NCBI GenBank assembly: GCA_030141605.1
Contig: JAQGDQ010000076.1
Location: 62,001 to 126,000, forward strand
Length of the DNA stretch: 64,000 nt
Origin: Tubiluchus corallicola
Taxonomy: Eukaryota > Animalia > Priapulida
Reading direction: 5' to 3'
The position numbers were made by a program, and so were the translations under genes. Shown here piece by piece: positions 1 to 10,902 of this stretch. Each line of letters starts with the position of its first letter. Position 1 is the first letter of the stretch. The notes beneath the pieces were generated by a model, which did not search any database, was not told the origin of the DNA, and saw only the letters and a list, made by a program, of their open reading frames with translations.

Positions 1-384
1 AGGAGGGCCCGACAATTTCATTAGCCTTCTGCACCAAGAAGGTTGTAAGTATTTTAAAAAGGGGGATTTATTGTCAATAATGAAAAAAACGAAATAAAAA
101 CATTTTACATAGCACAAAGTCATGCCTATTTTACACATAGATTTATACATATATTATTATTTACATAACAACAATGTGGAACAGTTACTTCAACTTTAAA
201 GAGTTACTGCTTTGCAGCTGTTTATACCTCTAATTTCCCAGCTAAGATTTTTTCTAAAAACAAAGAAAACAATATCCCAGAAATATTTTTTAAACAGAAA
301 GAGAAAAATTTCGGTTTCATTTTCAATGCTCTGCTCTGATATTATCTTGGTAAATTTCCACTGCTGTTCAATGTTTTTCCACTT

Positions 385-582
385 CGAATGTCTGATGTTT
401 ACCCCTAATGTGTACTAATGAGATAAAAAAGTAACCTCTTACTAAACTCAATAATTTCTTTTAGCAAACACTAGTAGAATGGCGAACTCGAATGTTTGAT
501 GTTAACCCCTAAAGTGTACTAATGAGATAAAAAACTTCTTAAGAAACTCCACAATTTTTTATAGCAAACACCAGTAGAATGG
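385..582. repeat. Two diverged tandem copies of a ~100-bp unit
   Basis: cgaatgtctgatgtttacccctaatgtgtactaatgagataaaaaa...agcaaacactagtagaatgg (385-482) recurs as cgaatgtttgatgttaacccctaaagtgtactaatgagataaaaaa...agcaaacaccagtagaatgg (489-582). Confidence 0.8.
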
Positions 583-804
583 TTACTTTTGTAGTGCATG
601 ACAACCTGGCAGTGGGTTGTATGACTTTTCTGAATCCACTTGTTGAATTGTCTCTTCCAATTTTGTTAATAGGGCAGCCAACTGTTTAAGGGGATCTTTA
701 AGCAGGCGTAGTGCATGGTAATTTACCCAAATATTACATGTCATTTAATGGCAAGCATCTGTCATAATAAGTCTTAATGTAATTTACCAATACTTTACCT
801 GTCG

Positions 805-1844
805 AACTAATTATTTTTCACTTTAAGTATTAATCTTAACGGTATCACGAATTGTTTACCTAATGATTGATAATATTGATGTATTGATTTTTATGTTCCA
901 ATCTTGTGCTGCCATCTTTAGTCAAGAGTAGCATTATTTTCGATGAAGTTACCATTAAATGAAGCCATTTTTCTGTTAAGCTACCTTAAATATGTAATTA
1001 GGCAGAAGAAGATGAAATTCGTTTCGTTTCAACATGACTTGTATTTTTCAAGCGAAAATACGTTTAGCAACAATTTTTTCCATGATAATATTATGCCCGT
1101 GTTTGAACAAATGTGAAAGCTTCGTCGCTGTACTACTGAGGTCACTTCACCCAGAACTCGTTTCTGATTGGTCGGCTAGCTTTCGAGGGCTGGATATTAG
1201 ACATATTGGCCTACGTGGCGGGGAGAGTAGAATGGCCGTGTTGAAAAATGGTCTGATATAACTATATCATGGTTTCTTTTACGATGATTGAACAAGAAAA
1301 TGGATGGTTTGTTCATTACTATGTTCTTTTTATTCATTGGTGAACGCTGTTCCTCTTTTGTTGGTGAAACCTCGTCAGTTACGCAACTGCTGAGAGACAT
1401 TTGTTAAATTAGGCATTCGTTACATAGCCTAATCACCTCCTCGTTGGATAAAGATATTGTCACCTTTGACTTCACGTTCGATGATCTAAATCGCTTCCGT
1501 TCTGTGTGGGAACTCGGAGGAGATGATCTTCTCATTATCCGATCTCCAGAGACTCTACTACGTGTCCGGCCTGTTGGAGGGAAAGCTGTGTAAACCGAAT
1601 TCTGCTGCATTACCACAACGTGCGTGAGGAAGGACCGGTCCTACCCAAGTACTGGAGGAGACCTCGCCTTGTATGCAGGACGTCACGTGAGCGCAAGAAG
1701 TATTACAATATTCATATGTTACTATGTTATTTGTCAGCTAAATTAGACTGATTCATTGCAGTAACGATGTGGATTTAATTGTTTTACTCAGGTAACGATA
1801 ATTACTTAATGCCTAATATGGGCACATTATGTTCAAATGTTACA
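805..1844 (+). repeat. 5' LTR (5'-truncated by ~31 bp)
   Basis: Matches 6985-8023 at roughly 99% by eye and ends ...aatgttaCA. It lacks the tgtgatggtcccccatccagcagattactgc start seen in the 3' LTR. Confidence 0.92.
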
Positions 1845-1845
1845 T

Positions 1846-1858
1846 TGGTGTCAGAAGT
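1846..1858 (+). promoter_or_regulatory. Primer binding site, tRNA-Leu
   Basis: TGGTGTCAGAAGT lies 1 nt after the LTR end and is complementary to the ...ACTTCTGACACCA 3' end of animal tRNA-Leu. Confidence 0.85.
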
Positions 1859-2475
1859 TTTACCGAGTTTAATATTAATAGTATATAATTGATATTGCCT
1901 TCCTATTAGCACTTAAATGCAGTGGAACTGCTACGTTGGTTGTGAAAATGTCATAATTTTCAACCTGTTGCATAAATATTAGTAATTTGCTTAAACTGAT
2001 TAAGCGACTAGTAAGCTTTTGGTAACTGTGAAGGATATCACGTTAATTCACTGGAATTTTCCCAAGAATTTATTCAGTACAGGCTGTATAATCTAATCCG
2101 TTTCTCTAAACTAGATATAGCCATTTCTAGTTCAAATTTTACCTTGCTCATACGTTAGCTTTGCTGCTTGTTTATAAAATCAAGTTGTGAGAAAAATATT
2201 TTGTCCGGGTCGGGCAGATAGCTGGTTCAAGGTCGCCAAAACTTGAACGTGGTTTCGCAGCAGTTATAACAGCAGCGAAAACGGTTTAATAAGATTATTT
2301 TTCCAAACTTGCTTTTAACATTTCGCATAAATTATTTTTGCCCTGCCAAAAAGTCGGTTGATAGTAGCTAACGCTGATGCGTAAAGTGAGAGTGAGTGAG
2401 AGTGGTTAAACATAGATTTACTCCTTACTTTGTGTACCTACTTGGCAGTCTGTAGTCATCTTGCAAAGTATAAAA

Positions 2476-5400
2476 ATGTCTGATGTTAGATACAAACTTT
2501 CAGAGTTAATGACTCTTAATAAAGAGCAGTTGCAGAATATTGTAGCAGAACTACATCTCTTAGTCGACCCTACTTCGAGACGGGCTGTTTTAATTACTGC
2601 AATTCTCAAGGCCGCGGGTTGCCCTGAAGAGGGAAAACGTGATGAGGGTGCAGAACTTGACACTTTCGACGCGGGTATGAATCAGCCTTTACTATGCGCG
2701 GAAGCCTCTGACCCGACAGAAGCAGCAAAAACCCCTGATGTCAGTGTGAAACCAAAACATATGATAGTTACAGAGCAGTCGCCAACGCCGACTCCTCGTC
2801 GTAGAAGAACTACAGAGAGAATGACAGACGTCACCTTAGAGTCTCTTTCTACAGTTAACGAAGCTGCTGCTCAAACATTTCTGCAAATTCGACGGTTAGA
2901 AGCAGAAACTGAAGCAAAAAAGTTACAATTAGAGCATGAGCGCATTATGGCCGAGATGGAGTTACGTAAACTTGAATTGACCGCTGCCAGTCCGGTCAGT
3001 CAGTCGCCAATGATGTCACAGGCCAGTCCTTTCTATAGTCGTCAAGCGGACTCTACCGTTGACAAATTAAAGCTCATGAAAATACGTCCCTTTGATGAAA
3101 CCAAGGACGATATACAAAAGTTTCTTGATTGGTTTCAAGCTTGTGCTGCTGCAAACAATATTGATAGAGCAGACTTCGCGGCGTGTATTGGCCCATCTTT
3201 GTCTGGCCGAGCAGCAGACGCTTTTCAGCAGATTCCCGAGTCTGAGATGCGGAACTACACGTACGTTCGCAAAGCTTTGCTTGGCGCGTATATTCTAAGC
3301 AATGACGTTTACCTGGAGAGATTCCGCGGTACAATAAAGCTTAAGAATGAAAGTTATCGCCAGCTTTTCAGACGCTTGGATAATAGTTGGCGCGACTATC
3401 TTGAAGCCATACAAGCTGAGACTTTTGAGGCTGTTAATGAAGCAGTAGTAATTGAACAAGCGCTTAGTTTGATGCCACACGATTTGGCCACTTGGTTAAA
3501 GACGGATAGCATCAGGACAATTGAGAAGATGGCCCAACGGGCAGATCAATTTGTCGCAGCGAGACAAATCACTTCCCTTCCTGGGAAAAATGTTTATTCA
3601 TTTAAAAAGACTGGTAAACCCAATGTTGCCACGTCGCAAGGTGGAGGCGCGAGCAATACAAATATGAGCCAGAATCTTGCAACCAAAATGCATTGTTACG
3701 CATGTGGAAAGCCTGGTCATAGGCGCAGCGAATGTCGATCGCGTTTGGGAACTGAACACGTCATGCGACCTGCTAATGCTGCTGTATTTGGTAAACCTGG
3801 CAAACAATTGTTTAGCACACCGGAAATAAAGATGCCAAATAATGATGATGATTGGCATCACGTACCTGGCCGAAAACAACCCGTTGGTTTTACAGCAAAA
3901 ATTAACGGTTACGTGGTAAAAGGTCAAAGAGACACTGGAGCTGGTGTAAGCATGTTACATGCTAAATTCGTTCGCGCTAATCAGTATTTAAATGAACTCC
4001 GACACAAGTTCGTATGCGCGTGCGGTGATATGAGGCAAAGTAAATTAGCGGAGGTTGAAATTATTGGGCCTGGCTTCTCTGGTATTCTGACTGTAAGCGT
4101 AAGCGATAATTTACCTGTTGACTTTTTACTTGGAAATAATTACGAGTCAGCGTTAAAGCCATTCCCGGAGAATGCTGAAAAAGCTTCAAAATTTAATAAA
4201 GAAGTGGGTAAATACAGCGTTAAACCAAAGAAGAATGCTGCAAGTAAATCACAACCGAAACAAAAGCCTCAATCAGCGACAGATGTGGAGTCAATTTATG
4301 CAATAACTCGCTCGCAGGCTGACAAGCTAGAAGCTCAAGTCAAGCAGGACACGCTGTTACAACAGCAAGTATTTGATTCGTCAGCATCAAACGATGGCCT
4401 AGCGGTTAAGGACTCGCCTGCTGAAGATCAGAAACAGCTTCTTGACGTCACAATTGAACAGATCAGCGAAGAGCAAAAAGAGGATGTCACTATACGTAAT
4501 ATTATTGATAACGCGTGCACAGAAGAAGAGGCATATAAATTAGGCAAAGGGTACTTTTTGCGCGGAGGTGCGTTATTCTATTTATCTAAAGGAAAACAGC
4601 ACCAAGCACCTAGGGAGCTGCTTGTACTACCCAAATTTCGCCGCAAGGAAGTTTTACAACTTGCGCACGGAAGTAAATTAGCCGGACACTTGGGCATAAA
4701 CAAGACAACTCAGAGAATTCTTCAAGAATATATATGGCCTCGTCTTAAACGTTCCGTAAGGGAATATTGTCGTTCCTGTCTGACGTGCCAGAAAACAGCG
4801 CGTTCACGCCGAGCAGACAGAGCCCCTTTGAAACCGTTACCTATTGTAGACACGGCATTTCGTACCATAGGGATGGACTTAATTGGGCCGCTTGATCGTA
4901 CACCTTCTGGTAATCGTTGGGCTTTAGTAATAGTGGACCATGCAACACGTTATCCGGACGCATATCCGCTAGTAGATATACAGACTGTCACCGTGTTAAA
5001 TGCACTGCTGAAATTCTGTTGTAGATACGGCATCCCTCGCCAAATATTAACGGACTGTGGCACCCAGTTCACTTCAAACTTGACCAAAGAGCTGGAGGAT
5101 CAGCTCGGTGTCAAAGGTATTTTCACTAGTCCATACTCACCTTCAACGAATGGACTCGTCGAGAAATATAATGACACGCTAAAGAAGTCTATTTTACGCC
5201 TAACACAAGATTTCTCGTCTCTTCCCTGGGATCTCGCAATTGATTATGTGCTTTTCTCATACCGTGAAGTTCCACAGGATTCCACAGGGTACAGCCCAAA
5301 TGAACTTGTCTTTGGCTACCCAGTACGTGGTCCGCTGACCATGCTTAAAGAGCGATGGGGTTGTTCCAAACCGCCAAGTCTTGAAGATGTCGATGAGTAT

Positions 5401-5745
5401 GTTGCACGAGTTATTAATGCATTAGAGACATCGACAGAAGACGCTCATAAATCGCTTCAGGAAGCCAAATTATCCCAGAAACGCTGGTACGACCGGGTGT
5501 CAAAAGAAAGAAGTTTCGAGGTTGGCGATAAAGTGATGGTTCAGAGGATGAGGAAAGGCAAAAAGATGCAACCAGGATGGAGAGGCCCATATCAAATAAC
5601 AGACAAAGTATCCGATTGGACTTATAAAGTTTGTTTTGGCAAGAAGGGTAGACGGAAGGACACTAGAATTGTTCATATCAATAAGCTTAAGCAATATGTG
5701 GACAGAAAGGAGTCCCTGATCCTTAGCAATGAGCTTGGACAATGA
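2476..5745 (+). CDS. Gag-protease-integrase polyprotein (~1090 aa)
   Basis: First ATG at 2476. SCAN-like capsid C-terminus (YLERFR...VVIEQALSLMP), zinc knuckle CYACGKPGHRRSEC, protease RDTGA, integrase HHCC (AHGSKLAGHLG...CLTC), DDE triad (MDLIGP / TDCGTQF / GLVEKYN) and a GPY motif (WRGPYQI). Confidence 0.93.
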   Translation: MSDVRYKLSELMTLNKEQLQNIVAELHLLVDPTSRRAVLITAILKAAGCPEEGKRDEGAELDTFDAGMNQPLLCAEASDPTEAAKTPDVSVKPKHMIVTEQSPTPTPRRRRTTERMTDVTLESLSTVNEAAAQTFLQIRRLEAETEAKKLQLEHERIMAEMELRKLELTAASPVSQSPMMSQASPFYSRQADSTVDKLKLMKIRPFDETKDDIQKFLDWFQACAAANNIDRADFAACIGPSLSGRAADAFQQIPESEMRNYTYVRKALLGAYILSNDVYLERFRGTIKLKNESYRQLFRRLDNSWRDYLEAIQAETFEAVNEAVVIEQALSLMPHDLATWLKTDSIRTIEKMAQRADQFVAARQITSLPGKNVYSFKKTGKPNVATSQGGGASNTNMSQNLATKMHCYACGKPGHRRSECRSRLGTEHVMRPANAAVFGKPGKQLFSTPEIKMPNNDDDWHHVPGRKQPVGFTAKINGYVVKGQRDTGAGVSMLHAKFVRANQYLNELRHKFVCACGDMRQSKLAEVEIIGPGFSGILTVSVSDNLPVDFLLGNNYESALKPFPENAEKASKFNKEVGKYSVKPKKNAASKSQPKQKPQSATDVESIYAITRSQADKLEAQVKQDTLLQQQVFDSSASNDGLAVKDSPAEDQKQLLDVTIEQISEEQKEDVTIRNIIDNACTEEEAYKLGKGYFLRGGALFYLSKGKQHQAPRELLVLPKFRRKEVLQLAHGSKLAGHLGINKTTQRILQEYIWPRLKRSVREYCRSCLTCQKTARSRRADRAPLKPLPIVDTAFRTIGMDLIGPLDRTPSGNRWALVIVDHATRYPDAYPLVDIQTVTVLNALLKFCCRYGIPRQILTDCGTQFTSNLTKELEDQLGVKGIFTSPYSPSTNGLVEKYNDTLKKSILRLTQDFSSLPWDLAIDYVLFSYREVPQDSTGYSPNELVFGYPVRGPLTMLKERWGCSKPPSLEDVDEYVARVINALETSTEDAHKSLQEAKLSQKRWYDRVSKERSFEVGDKVMVQRMRKGKKMQPGWRGPYQITDKVSDWTYKVCFGKKGRRKDTRIVHINKLKQYVDRKESLILSNELGQ

Positions 5746-6633
5746 TGGAACAAACTTGAGTGAAGTTCTAGCATATGGCGTTGATGAAGATGTTGAGGAA
5801 GATGACATGTATGATTTGGCAATAATAAACCTCGGCAAAGGAATAGTAGAACCTGGAGGTCTCCCAGATTATGCTTTTTTGCCAACGGCCATTGCCACAC
5901 AGTCAGTAAATGATGTCACTTTACCAGACGATCTATCAGAGCAACAACGCACAGAACTTCGTTTTTAACAAGTATCCGGAAATGTTTACGGATTTTCCGC
6001 CTACGTCCTCAGCAGAAGAAGCTACAACAAATATGTGATTTTCCACGGCCACAAACAAAAACTCAAGTACGTAGATTCCTAGGAATGGTGGGCTTCTACA
6101 GACGTTTTATCGAGAACTTCAGCACTATCGCTGCACCTCTGTATTCTTTAACAGAAAAATATTCCCCCACTCAAGTACCTTGGACAGAAGCTTGTGAGAA
6201 GAGCTTTCTTACCCTTCAGAATGCTTTAACTTCTGACAGTGTTCTACATTCCTCTGATTATTCGAAACCATTTATCCTAACTACAGATGCCAGCTTTGTG
6301 GGCATTGGTGGTGTACTCACACAAGATCGTATGAATGGCTTGGGAGAAGTGCCTATCACATATGTCAGTCGTAGGCTTACACCCACCGAAGTCAGATATT
6401 CTGTAGTTGAATGTGAACTTCTGAGTGTTGTATTTTGCATGCAGAAGTTAAATTACTATTTAGAAGGCCGCCAGTTTACATTGCGCACTGATCAAAGAAG
6501 TTTGCTTGCGCTCAGAAAAATGCTTAAGAATAACAATGTGTCACTGGGCACTCATTCTTTCAGAATATTGCTTTACAATTGAGCATATTGCTGGCGCTCA
6601 AAACCTTGTTGCTGATGCCTTAAGCCGGAAATA
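5729..6633 (+). pseudogene. Broken RT/RNase H region: RT core deleted, thumb and RNase H remnant
   Basis: The pre-RT linker (LPDDLSEQQRTELR..NKYPEMFTDFP) joins out of frame at ~6000 to LRPQQKKLQQICDFPRPQTKTQVRRFLGMVGFYRRFI. There is no YxDD motif. RNase H motifs TDASFVGIGGVL, YSVVECELL and LRTDQRSL follow, and after a frameshift near 6540, HIAGAQNLVADALSRK*. Confidence 0.9.
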
Positions 6634-6941
6634 AATATAAAGCGTCAGAGTATGAAATGCTCAACAAGTTGTAGTACTTTTTCAGTGCTTAAACAAGTTT
6701 TTTTTTGGTGTTATATATCATATATTTGTTTGATGATACATTTGTGGTGTATGATGTAATGATCAATTTGCTTCTTTTTATCTTTGTTTTGTCTGAGTTG
6801 AAAAATATGTAATAACTCAGTGAGCTACAAAGTCGTTACTTCTATTCATGTTTGTCATTGCATATGTATGACGTTATCGTATCTTGGCAGTGAAAAATGT
6901 TACGTTTCGTAATCATGATCTTGAAATATTTAATATTCTTT

Positions 6942-6950
6942 AGGGGAAGG
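6942..6950 (+). promoter_or_regulatory. Polypurine tract
   Basis: AGGGGAAGG lies 3 nt before the TG that starts the 3' LTR. Confidence 0.8.
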
Positions 6951-6953
6951 CTC

Positions 6954-8023
6954 TGTGATGGTCCCCCATCCAGCAGATTACTGCAACTAATTATTTTTCA
7001 CTTTAAATATTTTTCTTAACGGTATCACGAATTGTTTACCTAATGATTGATAATATTGATGTATTGATTTTTATGTTCCAATCTTGTGCTGCCATCTTTA
7101 GTCAAGAGTAGCATTATTTTCGATGAAGTTATCATTAAATGAAGCCTTTTTCTGTTAAGCTACCTTAAATATGTAATTAGGCAGAAGAAGATGAAATTCG
7201 TTTCGTTTCAACATGACTTGTATTTTTCAAGCGAAAATACGTTTAGCAACAATTTTTTCCATGATAATATTATGCCCGTGTTTGAACAAATGTGAAAGCT
7301 TCGTCGCTGTACTACTGAGGTCACTTCACCCAGAACTCGTTTCTGATTGGTCGGCTAGCTTTCGAGGGCTGGATATTAGACATATTGGCCTACGTGGCGG
7401 GGAGAGTAGAATGGCCGTGTTGAAAAATGGTCTGATATAACTATATCATGGTTTCTTTTACGATGATTGAACAAGAAAATGGATGGTTTGTTCATTACTA
7501 TGTTCTTTTTATTCATTGGTGAACGCTGTTCCTCTTTTGTTGGTGAAACCTCGTCAGTTACGCAACTGCTGAGAGACATTTGTTAAATTAGGCATTCGTT
7601 ACATAGCCTAATCACCTCCTCGTTGGATAAAGATATTGTCACCTTTGACTTCACGTTCGATGATCTAAATCGCTTCCGTTCTGTGTGGGTACTCGGAGGA
7701 GATGATCTTCTCATTATCCGATCTCCAGAGACTCTACTACGTGTCCGGCCTGTTGGAGCGAAAGCTGCGTAAACCGAATTCTGCTGCATTAACACAACGT
7801 GCGTGAGGAAGGACCGGTCCTATCCAAGTACTGGAGGAGACCTCGCCTTGTATGCAGGACGTCACGTGAGCGCAAGAAGTATTACAATGTTGATATGTTA
7901 CTATGTTATTTGTCAGCTAAATTAGACTGATTCATTGCAGTAACGATGTGGATTTAATTGTTTTACTCAGGTAACGATAATTACTTAATGCCTAATATGG
8001 GCACATTATGTTCAAATGTTACA
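6954..8023 (+). repeat. 3' LTR (complete, TG...CA)
   Basis: Starts TGTGATGG after the PPT, ends ATGTTACA, and is a direct repeat of 805-1844. Confidence 0.93.
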
Positions 8024-8916
8024 ACTCCCAAATGACAGTTTTTATTTTTCAGCTGTTATGCTGTTAGTACACAGATACTGTTTAGATGCCGCACATGCTG
8101 TGTGGCTGATAATTTTTCCAATGGTATTATAAGAAGTGAATACAAGAAGCGTTTAACAAGCAAAAATCAACCAGAAAAACCTCCTTGTCGAATGTGTGCA
8201 AAACAAATACCGAAATACTAATAGCATCAATTTTAATCACATATTTGTATTTCGTATGTTTTCTTTCGTATTTTTGCCTTTTTAAAATAGACTGTTCATT
8301 GTGCGAGTAAGCAGAGCAGTTCAAATCTTGAATGTGCTAGCGAGAATGTCATTAACATTGTAACATGTGAGTGAAATTTTTTGGCATTTAGATACTTCTC
8401 TGACAATGAAATTAATTTAAACTATGTTGTAAAAATTACAATTTTGTGTAAGTGGGACATTGCTTACTTCACATCAACTCAGAAGAGATACAAGATTTCA
8501 TTAATAAAGTTAGGTGCTGTAAATGTAGAAAGCTTAGTTTAACAGCCACAAACGACTTCTGCCTATCTTTGGACAGATTTACTGCATTTACGAAGTAGTT
8601 TTCCCGGCAGCTACCCATCTGTATACTAATCAGGCGTGGTGTCCTTTAAAATTCATTAGATTTTAAATTATTATACAGTAGAATGTTAGACAATTTACAA
8701 ATTTAAGGTGTTACTCTTATATTAAAGTGATGCACAAAATCCAATGTTTACTACAAAAAAATCTCACTGTTCACTAGATAATTTCTGCAAAAATGTATTT
8801 ACAAGAAAGCAGTTTTTGGTGTTAGTTTTGCAAAATGCCATTATGACAAAATGTCAATCCACTTACGTATCCTGGTCTATCAAATATATTTACCAGTCTA
8901 ACTCAGTTTATCTTAC

Positions 8917-9068
8917 CTGTGATTCAGTTCTTCCTCGGTTTCGTACACGTCAAACGGACGTAGTGATTCGCTGAGCTGCTTGCTGAGTTCCAGTTCATAT
9001 GGTTCCGGCATGGAAAGACTGATGGCCGATGTTAAACCCAGAGTTGGGGTTTGCTGAGCTAAATTCAT
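8917..9068 (-). pseudogene. Inverted duplicate of poly(A) polymerase first coding exon (orphan within this window)
   Basis: Encodes MNLAQQTPTLGLTSAISLSMPEP...YETEEELNHR, identical in protein to 17307-17458, with an intact donor (ag/gtaag) and upstream acceptor. No further PAP exons occur on the - strand in the window. Confidence 0.85.
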
Positions 9069-9642
9069 GCTGAGACTATTGCTTATGTTACACAGGTTGG
9101 AAATTTTGGAATCCAACTTGCACCTCTGGGATTTCTCACTCAGATCATCCAAATATTAATCACTTTAAAAAAAAGAAAGAAAAACTTTAAGTCACTGAGT
9201 GATAAAAATAAGAGAAGACTGATATGTTTATAACTGAAGGTACATAGCAAGATAGAGATTTTCTGTCATCTAAAGTTGGCATGTTATTACATCTGAACAT
9301 ATAGTTTGTTCAAATTGTAATGTTTGTATAGTTTATTCAAATTAATAGTACATCCAGTTTCTTAATTTTAATTTTACTTTAATAAAGGGTAGTTACAACT
9401 TCCATCTTGTTAAATTATAAAATAGGACAAATGCAAAATAGGATTATTCTATTATTACGGTAAGCAAAAGGAATTTAGATAAACATTTTTTATGCGATAA
9501 AAAATACCGATGATCGTTAGAGAAAAGATGTATAGAGAAACTAGTCAAAACTGTCAGATTAAGATGGACTGTGTGAACAACAGAAATAGCAGTGAAGAAA
9601 TTAATGATGAAGGGATTGCATTAGCAAGTTGGGAGTTTAAAT

Positions 9643-9915
9643 TTGCAGTCTAACGAAGTAGTCAAGAGAAGTGACTCGAGTGAAGATTTTGGGCAAATTG
9701 AGAATGACAGTGGAATAGGAAAAGCAGTGAGCATACCGAATGAACATGATAAAGCTAATCAGTTTAGCGCAGGAAATAGTGATATGTGCTCTAAGTGTAG
9801 TGTGAAATGGATTGGGTATGGGTCAATCCAGTGCTTTGATTGTAAAGCTTGGGTTCATTTTTGTGATGTACTGAACTTCCAGTGGATGTTTTATAGTGCA
9901 GAACCTCAAGTTTGA
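9643..9915 (+). mobile_element. Decayed PHD-finger fragment, probably a non-LTR retrotransposon ORF1 (mirror copy at 16463-16735, -)
   Basis: CSKC...IQCFDCKAWVHF followed after a frameshift by CTELP, a C4HC3-type pattern typical of LINE ORF1 proteins. Confidence 0.55.
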
Positions 9916-10077
9916 TGGAGTGGCTTACATTAGAAAAATTAATGTGTTACAATGTGTTTGGATTTAAGCATCCTTAATGATTAACGTTTAAAGATCATAA
10001 TGCTTTATTAAAATAAAGAAATTTTACTTTATAGATACTTTGTTGTCTATATTGCATAAATTATAAAATTAAAAACA

Positions 10078-10439
10078 ATTTCACTCAAATAAATTCAAAT
10101 GTGGCTGGATATTTTGGTTGAACGGGCCTGGAGAACCTAAAACTTTGCAGTGGTCAGCACTGAAGATATGCTGCATTGTTGTGAAAAGCACGTCACAAAC
10201 TGCTATATAAATGAAATTTTCGCTTTATTTAATTACTTGAGGCAAGATTTGTCAGCAGTTTTGGACATCTAGGAGAACAGAAAAGGTAAACAGATAAATA
10301 CGAGTAAAACCTCTGAAAAATGCTAGCGAAAATTATCTGAAATTTTGGCCACGAAATTTAATAAATTTCGCCAAAACCAAAACCGAAAGTGCAATTATCG
10401 GCAAACCGAACCGTAAATTTCATTTCAGTAACATCCCTG
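10078..10439. mobile_element. End fragment of a hAT-like non-autonomous element
   Basis: Clustered aaccg/aaccgaa subterminal motifs end in ...catccctg (CAGGGATG terminus). The other end is not seen and may have been lost at the duplication junction. Confidence 0.45.
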
Positions 10440-10902
10440 GTACTAATAAGTAATATGAGAATAAATATAAGAATGAGGGTGGTGTATGCTCTGCAAGAAT
10501 GTAGAACAGAACATAAAATTACTAGGAAAATGTATGCTGATACTGTTCACTACTGATACAAGGTTCACTTTGCTAAGACGAATTGCCAAAAGGTGTTGTT
10601 GGTTGGTGATTTCAGTGCCAAAGTGGGAAGTGTTATTCAAGGAAATAGTGCTGAAGTAACATGGCCTGGTGAAGAACTTTTGAAGGTGCTTAACAAAGAA
10701 AATTTGTCACTTACAAACTCAAAACAATGTTGCTATGGATTATGGACTAGCGGACAAGACGGTAAAAAATCAGTGAGAGATTTTATAATGATGGATGAAA
10801 CTGATGCTGTCAAAAAGAAGAGCAAAAATTATGGGGCATATACAGAGTTGATATAAATGCAGCAGATAAAATTATTACACTGATCATAATATGATTACAC
10901 TC

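Larger units (their letters stand above)
805..8023 (+). mobile_element. Ty3/gypsy LTR retrotransposon, Gmr1-like (integrase upstream of RT), RT-deleted
   Basis: Two ~1.04-kb direct repeats, a PBS, a PPT, a gag-PR-IN ORF, then RT-thumb and RNase H remnants. Gypsy-type domains in PR-IN-RT-RH order are the hallmark of Gmr1-like elements. Confidence 0.93.
8024..10077 (-). repeat. Left arm of ~2.1-kb inverted duplication
   Basis: Reverse complement of 16301-18403, about 98% identical by eye, with a 51-bp deletion. Mirrored ORFs are visible in the ORF track (8913-9152 vs 17223-17462; 9643-9915 vs 16463-16735). Confidence 0.95.

Noticed and set aside
1034-1616. Short ORFs repeated at 7213-7795
   Set aside because: They lie inside the LTRs, recur only because the LTR is duplicated, and show no recognisable domain.
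3074-5900. Antisense ORFs within the retrotransposon
   Set aside because: Short shadow ORFs of the long sense ORF, with no motifs.
2461-6633. Ty1/copia classification because IN precedes RT
   Set aside because: The integrase (GPY motif, zinc-finger spacing), RNase H (TDAS...ADALSR) and Gag are gypsy-type; the order indicates Gmr1.
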